32,000 bases of DNA from Fibrobacter succinogenes subsp. succinogenes S85. Its GTDB lineage: Bacteria > Fibrobacterota > Fibrobacteria > Fibrobacterales > Fibrobacteraceae. Shown piece by piece: positions 30,025 to 32,000 of the stretch; the first letter of the stretch is position 1; each line of letters begins with the position of its first letter. The translations under genes and the position numbers were made by a program. The stretch is taken from contig NC_017448.1 in assembly GCF_000146505.1 (NCBI RefSeq), positions 2,040,001 through 2,072,000 on the forward strand, written 5' to 3'. The notes under the pieces were generated by a model. That model did not search any database. It had not been told where the DNA came from and saw only the letters and a list, made by a program, of their open reading frames with translations.

Positions 30025-31618
30025 ATGAATAAAGCCGCTGTTATTGTTGCCGTTTCGATGCTCCTGAGCCGCGTACTCGGGATTTTCCGTGAAATGCTCC
30101 TCGCCCACGCCGCCGGCGTGTCGCTTGAAAAAAACGCCCTTGACCTCGCCTTCATGATTCCAGACATCCTGAATCACGTGGTCAGCACCGGATTTTTGTC
30201 CATTATATTTATTCCGATTTTCACGGGCTACAAAGTCGCAGGTGACGAGAAGGCGGGCTGGAAGTTCTTCAGCAACGTGCTCAACACCTTCGGGCTTGCA
30301 CTGTTGATTCTCGTGATTCCGGCATTCATTTGGATGAAGGAACTCATCTCGCTCTTGACCGTCGATGGCGTGACGCCCGAGCTTTTGGAACGCGCAACCT
30401 ATTACGGACGTATTATCCTTCCGGGGCAAATCTTCATCTTTGTCGGTAGCATCCTTGTCGCGGTCCAGCATACTCGCAAGCAGTTCCTGATTCCCTCCCT
30501 CACTGGTCTTATTTACAACATTGCGATTGTCGGTGGCGGTGCCGCAGGCCTTGCGCTCACGAATTACACCGGCAACGATTACGGTCTCGCCGGATTTGCT
30601 TGGGGCGTTCCGGTCGGCGCATTCATCGGATTTTTCGCTCTCCAGATTTTTGGCGCCAAGCGTGGCGGCGTCCATTATGAATTTATCATTGAACCGAAGC
30701 ACCCGGATATCGCGCGCTATTTCAAGATGATGCTCCCGATGTCTCTTGGCGTGGGTTCCATGTTCGGCCCTTGAATTTATCATCCGTAGCTTCGGTGCAA
30801 ACTTTGGCACAAGCGGCATTTCGAGCCTCAACTACGCTTACCGCGTCATGTACACGCTCGTTGCAGTCTTCGGATTCTCGGTCAGCGTCACAAGCTACCC
30901 CGACATGGCGCGTCTCGTCAAGGAAGGCGACTTCCCGCAACTCAACCGCAAAATCTGGAAAAGCCTCTCGCGCATGTTCTGCATTTTGATTCCGGCAGTT
31001 GTCGCCGTGTGGGCTTTGAGCTTCCCGGCTGTGCGCATTCTCTTTGAACGTGGCGCTTTCCACCGCGAAACGACCGAAGCGATTTCTGAAATTCTCCGCT
31101 GGTACTTGCCCGTAAGCCTTGGGCTTTGCCTGCAGGCGGTTCTCGTCCGCAGCTTCTACGCTTGTGAACGCATGTGGGTCCCGACACTTTTGAACACCGG
31201 CATCTTTGCAGCGACCATCCCCGCCTACATTTTGCTTGGCGCCCCCGAAGTGGGGCTTGGCATCAAGAGCGTCCCGATTATCGGTGCTACAGGCGCCATT
31301 CTGCAAGTGATTTCGATGATTTTCATGTGGGCTAAAAAGAACGGCACTGACGGCATGAAGGAAGCTCTTTTCAACATGGCTCGCGCCCTCGTCGCTTTTG
31401 GCATCATGATTGCAGCTGCAGTCGGCCTAGACCACATTTCTGGAGACTTTGTCCGCAATGCAGGATTTATTGCGCTCGTCGTTTACGCTTGCGCCGCAGG
31501 AATTGCACTCTTTACGCTTACGCTCATCATCCAGCGTTACCTCGGCAGCAAAGATGCCAAAGACATTCTGAACGAGCTCTTAGGAAAGGTTCTCCGCAAG
31601 CTGCACCTCGCACATTAA
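30025..31618 (+). pseudogene. murJ: Lipid II flippase MurJ/MviN interrupted by one frameshift (or a sequence error)
   Basis: Two consecutive ORFs in frames +1 and +2 (30025..30774, 30746..31618). Together they give a MurJ-length protein of about 530 aa. N-terminus MNKAAVIVAVSMLLSRVLGIFREMLLAHAAG. The junction ...MLPMSLGVGSMF|ALEFIIRSFGANFGTSGISSLNYAYRVMY parallels E. coli MurJ ...[33 protein letters not shown]. Confidence 0.75.
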
Positions 31619-31623
31619 AAATA

Positions 31624-31643
31624 GCGGACAAAAACATGTCCGC
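31624..31643. terminator. Hairpin between convergent murJ and the downstream minus-strand ORF
   Basis: gcggaca (31624-31630), loop aaaaca, tgtccgc (31637-31643). It begins 6 nt after the murJ stop. Confidence 0.5.
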
Positions 31644-31653
31644 CACCATTCTA

Positions 31654-32000
31654 CTATAATCTACCGCCGTATTCATCATCTCTCGTCGGCGGTAAAATAT
31701 CTTCTGGCAAGGGCTCTGACCTTGCCATATTGTCGTCTTGAAATCCGTTGAACATCCACTTGAAAAATCCAACGGTCCCGCCGAGAATGGCGCCAACAGC
31801 AAAGCCTCCGGCAGCAGCCGCAAGGCCAAACAATCCTAATTGTTCAACATCTTTACTTGAAGAACCCTCTTCGCTTAACGAACCCGCCACACACATTGCA
31901 GCAAAGCCCGGCCCCGCTAAAGTCACCCCAGTATTCGCGGCATAGCGGATCATGGGATTTGGGTTCCGGCTAACAGCGCAGCCCACAAGGCTAAGCGCAA
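31654..32000 (-). CDS. Hypothetical Gly/Ala-rich small membrane protein, 5'-partial (open to the right window edge)
   Basis: The track start 31986 is GTG and the frame stays open to position 32000. It contains glycine-zipper-like GLFGLAAAAGGFAVGAILGGTVGFF. I recognise no family. Confidence 0.35.
   Translation of the reverse strand, partial: ALSLVGCAVSRNPNPMIRYAANTGVTLAGPGFAAMCVAGSLSEEGSSSKDVEQLGLFGLAAAAGGFAVGAILGGTVGFFKWMFNGFQDDNMARSEPLPEDILPPTRDDEYGGRL

Noticed and set aside
1-32000. A search by eye for CRISPR arrays, tRNA/rRNA genes, tandem repeats and IS-type terminal inverted repeats.
   Set aside because: I saw no regularly spaced repeats, cloverleaf-like segments or transposase/integrase ORFs. 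The only long repeat is the mod 5' duplication. A computational scan (tRNAscan, minced, self-dotplot) would be needed to exclude short or degenerate elements.

Overview
About 25 kb of this window (1-25139) is a dense, compositionally patchy defence island. The last 7 kb (25307-32000) is ordinary housekeeping DNA: a VWA lipoprotein, an SGNH hydrolase, an HTH/ImmA-like protein, an OMP, a frameshifted murJ and one partial ORF. The backbone has host-like GC: my hand-counted 60-nt samples give about 58% at the mod 3' end, and SNF2 looks roughly 50% by eye. The backbone is a Type III R-M operon whose mod (12486-14405) and res (1-2719, partial) genes are now 9.8 kb apart. Wedged between them are (i) a very AT-rich two-gene module (sample about 23% GC) encoding a primase-polymerase (AEP)-reverse transcriptase fusion (9969-12482) and a translationally coupled 905-aa protein with a PRTase-like loop (7244-9961), (ii) a RelE-like/XRE pair on the opposite strand, (iii) a GmrSD-like DUF262/DUF1524 enzyme and (iv) a DUF3791-DUF3990-DUF3791 triad. 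Upstream of mod, a single AT-rich gene for an 898-aa SIR2_2-domain (DSR-like) protein sits between two roughly 97-bp direct repeats that duplicate the mod 5' end, leaving a 29-codon mod remnant. Further right, after a DUF4143 AAA ATPase, is a five-gene overlapping operon: SNF2 helicase, DUF4391, cytoplasmic trypsin-like protease, small C-terminally hydrophobic protein, PLD-family nuclease. GC drops exactly after DUF4391. The best candidates for an undescribed system are the AEP-RT/905-aa pair embedded in the R-M operon and the SNF2-DUF4391-protease-TM-PLD operon. I saw no rRNA, tRNA, CRISPR array, integrase or transposase. All family calls come from motifs read by eye in the supplied translations and my own hand translation; no database search was possible.
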